Source: Patescibacteria group bacterium | Lineage (GTDB): Bacteria > Patescibacteriota > Microgenomatia > UBA12405 | Assembly (NCBI GenBank): GCA_050943115.1 | Contig: JBMNON010000002.1 | Coordinates: 27,157 to 91,156, forward strand | Direction of reading: 5' to 3' | Length of the DNA: 64,000 nucleotides | Part shown: positions 63,316 to 64,000 of the stretch, piece by piece | Layout: each line of letters begins with the position of its first letter | Position numbering within the stretch: the stretch's first letter is position 1 | Translations under genes and position numbers: made by a program | Notes under the pieces: model-generated | The model's database searches: none | Told to the model about the DNA's origin: nothing | The model's input: the letters and a program-made list of their open reading frames with translations, nothing else

Positions 63316-64000
63316 TGTTTTTAAAAAATAGTAAAATATTTTTACTTAAAAAATTACTAAGTGTTTTCTTAGCAATTTTAATATTATTTGGGTAAAGAAA
63401 TCCATTGATTCCATGTTGAATAATTTCAGGAGTTCCTCCTTCATTTTTTCCTAGTATAAAAAGACCACTGCCTGAAGCTTCAAGCGTAGCAATTCCAAAG
63501 GGTTCTTTAATATAGTTAGAAAGAAAAATTGAATATTTTTCTAGTATTTTAAATTTTTCATTATCGTTTTCAGTTTTAATTATATTAATGTTTGTTTTAT
63601 GCTTATTTGCTACGTTCGTAATTTTTTGAGTCTCTAATGTTATTCTTCCGATAATTGAGACATTTGAGGATGGTTTAAGTTGGTACGAAGTAAATACATG
63701 ACCTTTTAAATACGAAAGCTGCCCAATTGTTATTATTTTTTTATTTTGTTCTTTATTAATTTGTTTTGCTTTAATTCGCTTTAATCCGGGGTAGATTACT
63801 ATAGAATTTTTTGAGTAATATTTTTTAAGAAGGTGTTGCTCGTATACTGAAATAGAAAAAATGTTATTTGATCTTCTTGTGTTATATCTATCTATAAATT
63901 TTATGTATGTTCTAAGGGTACGAGCAAGTGTCTTTTTAATGTTATAGTAATCAAAAGATGTTTTTTCATAAAATTCTCTCTTTGGTTCAGTGAAAATGTA
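63248..64000 (-). CDS. GT4 glycosyltransferase, 3' part (5' end outside window)
   Basis: Open frame from window end; VIYPG, EPFGIATLEA, GGTPEII.HG.NGFL; stop TAA at 63248-63250. Confidence 0.85.
   Translation of the reverse strand, partial: YIFTEPKREFYEKTSFDYYNIKKTLARTLRTYIKFIDRYNTRRSNNIFSISVYEQHLLKKYYSKNSIVIYPGLKRIKAKQINKEQNKKIITIGQLSYLKGHVFTSYQLKPSSNVSIIGRITLETQKITNVANKHKTNINIIKTENDNEKFKILEKYSIFLSNYIKEPFGIATLEASGSGLFILGKNEGGTPEIIQHGINGFLYPNNIKIAKKTLSNFLSKNILLFFKNNEIDWEKTTNDILKCTSDHIST

Noticed and set aside
1-64000. Alternative genetic code (UGA=Gly, code 25, as in Gracilibacteria/Absconditabacteria)
   Set aside because: TGA ends conserved genes at their expected C-termini (rpmF, pheS, pilM, nusB) and long genes are intact under code 11
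1-64000. CRISPR array, IS element, integron or diversity-generating retroelement
   Set aside because: No regularly spaced repeats, transposase, integrase or reverse transcriptase motifs seen

Overview
Gene-dense, AT-rich bacterial chromosome segment in standard code 11. It is most likely from a Patescibacteria/CPR organism of the Microgenomates type. That is inferred from the type IV pilus locus, the secG-OppA-like operon, PPIase-less trigger factor, shortened PheT/ThrRS, and scarce Shine-Dalgarno motifs. In order, it holds: a type IV pilus locus (five prepilin genes, an inserted lipoprotein / pseudo-M23 / giant Cys-rich protein cassette, pilX-like, pilMNO); khpA-rpsP-rnc-nusB-rpmF-recG; a class A PBP; and thrS-infC-rpmI-rplT-pheS-pheT. 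After that come tig, efp, an interrupted AI-2E transporter, a GH-A glycoside hydrolase, a DRG-type GTPase, mtaB-like and tgt, a general-stress gene island, lexA, rsmI, ppsA, lgt, rplS, dnaE, htpX-lemA-polX, gmk, ndk, LysM/Ig surface proteins and the start of a glycan locus. There are 19 tRNA genes. I saw no CRISPR array, integrase, transposase or rRNA. The strongest signals absent from the ORF track are: (1) Phe-rich (MKIRYSACFFFKK) and Thr-rich (MRTNNTTLTIVPTRA) leader peptides with attenuator-like RNA structures before pheS and thrS; (2) a consensus promoter, leaderless 14-aa uORF and terminator gating the pilus accessory cassette; (3) a 32-aa membrane peptide coupled to the aPBP; (4) a candidate ~47-nt sRNA before efp; (5) pervasive leaderless gene starts; (6) a templated C74 in all 19 tRNAs although only 3 encode CCA. 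All family calls come from motif recognition by eye, not database searches.
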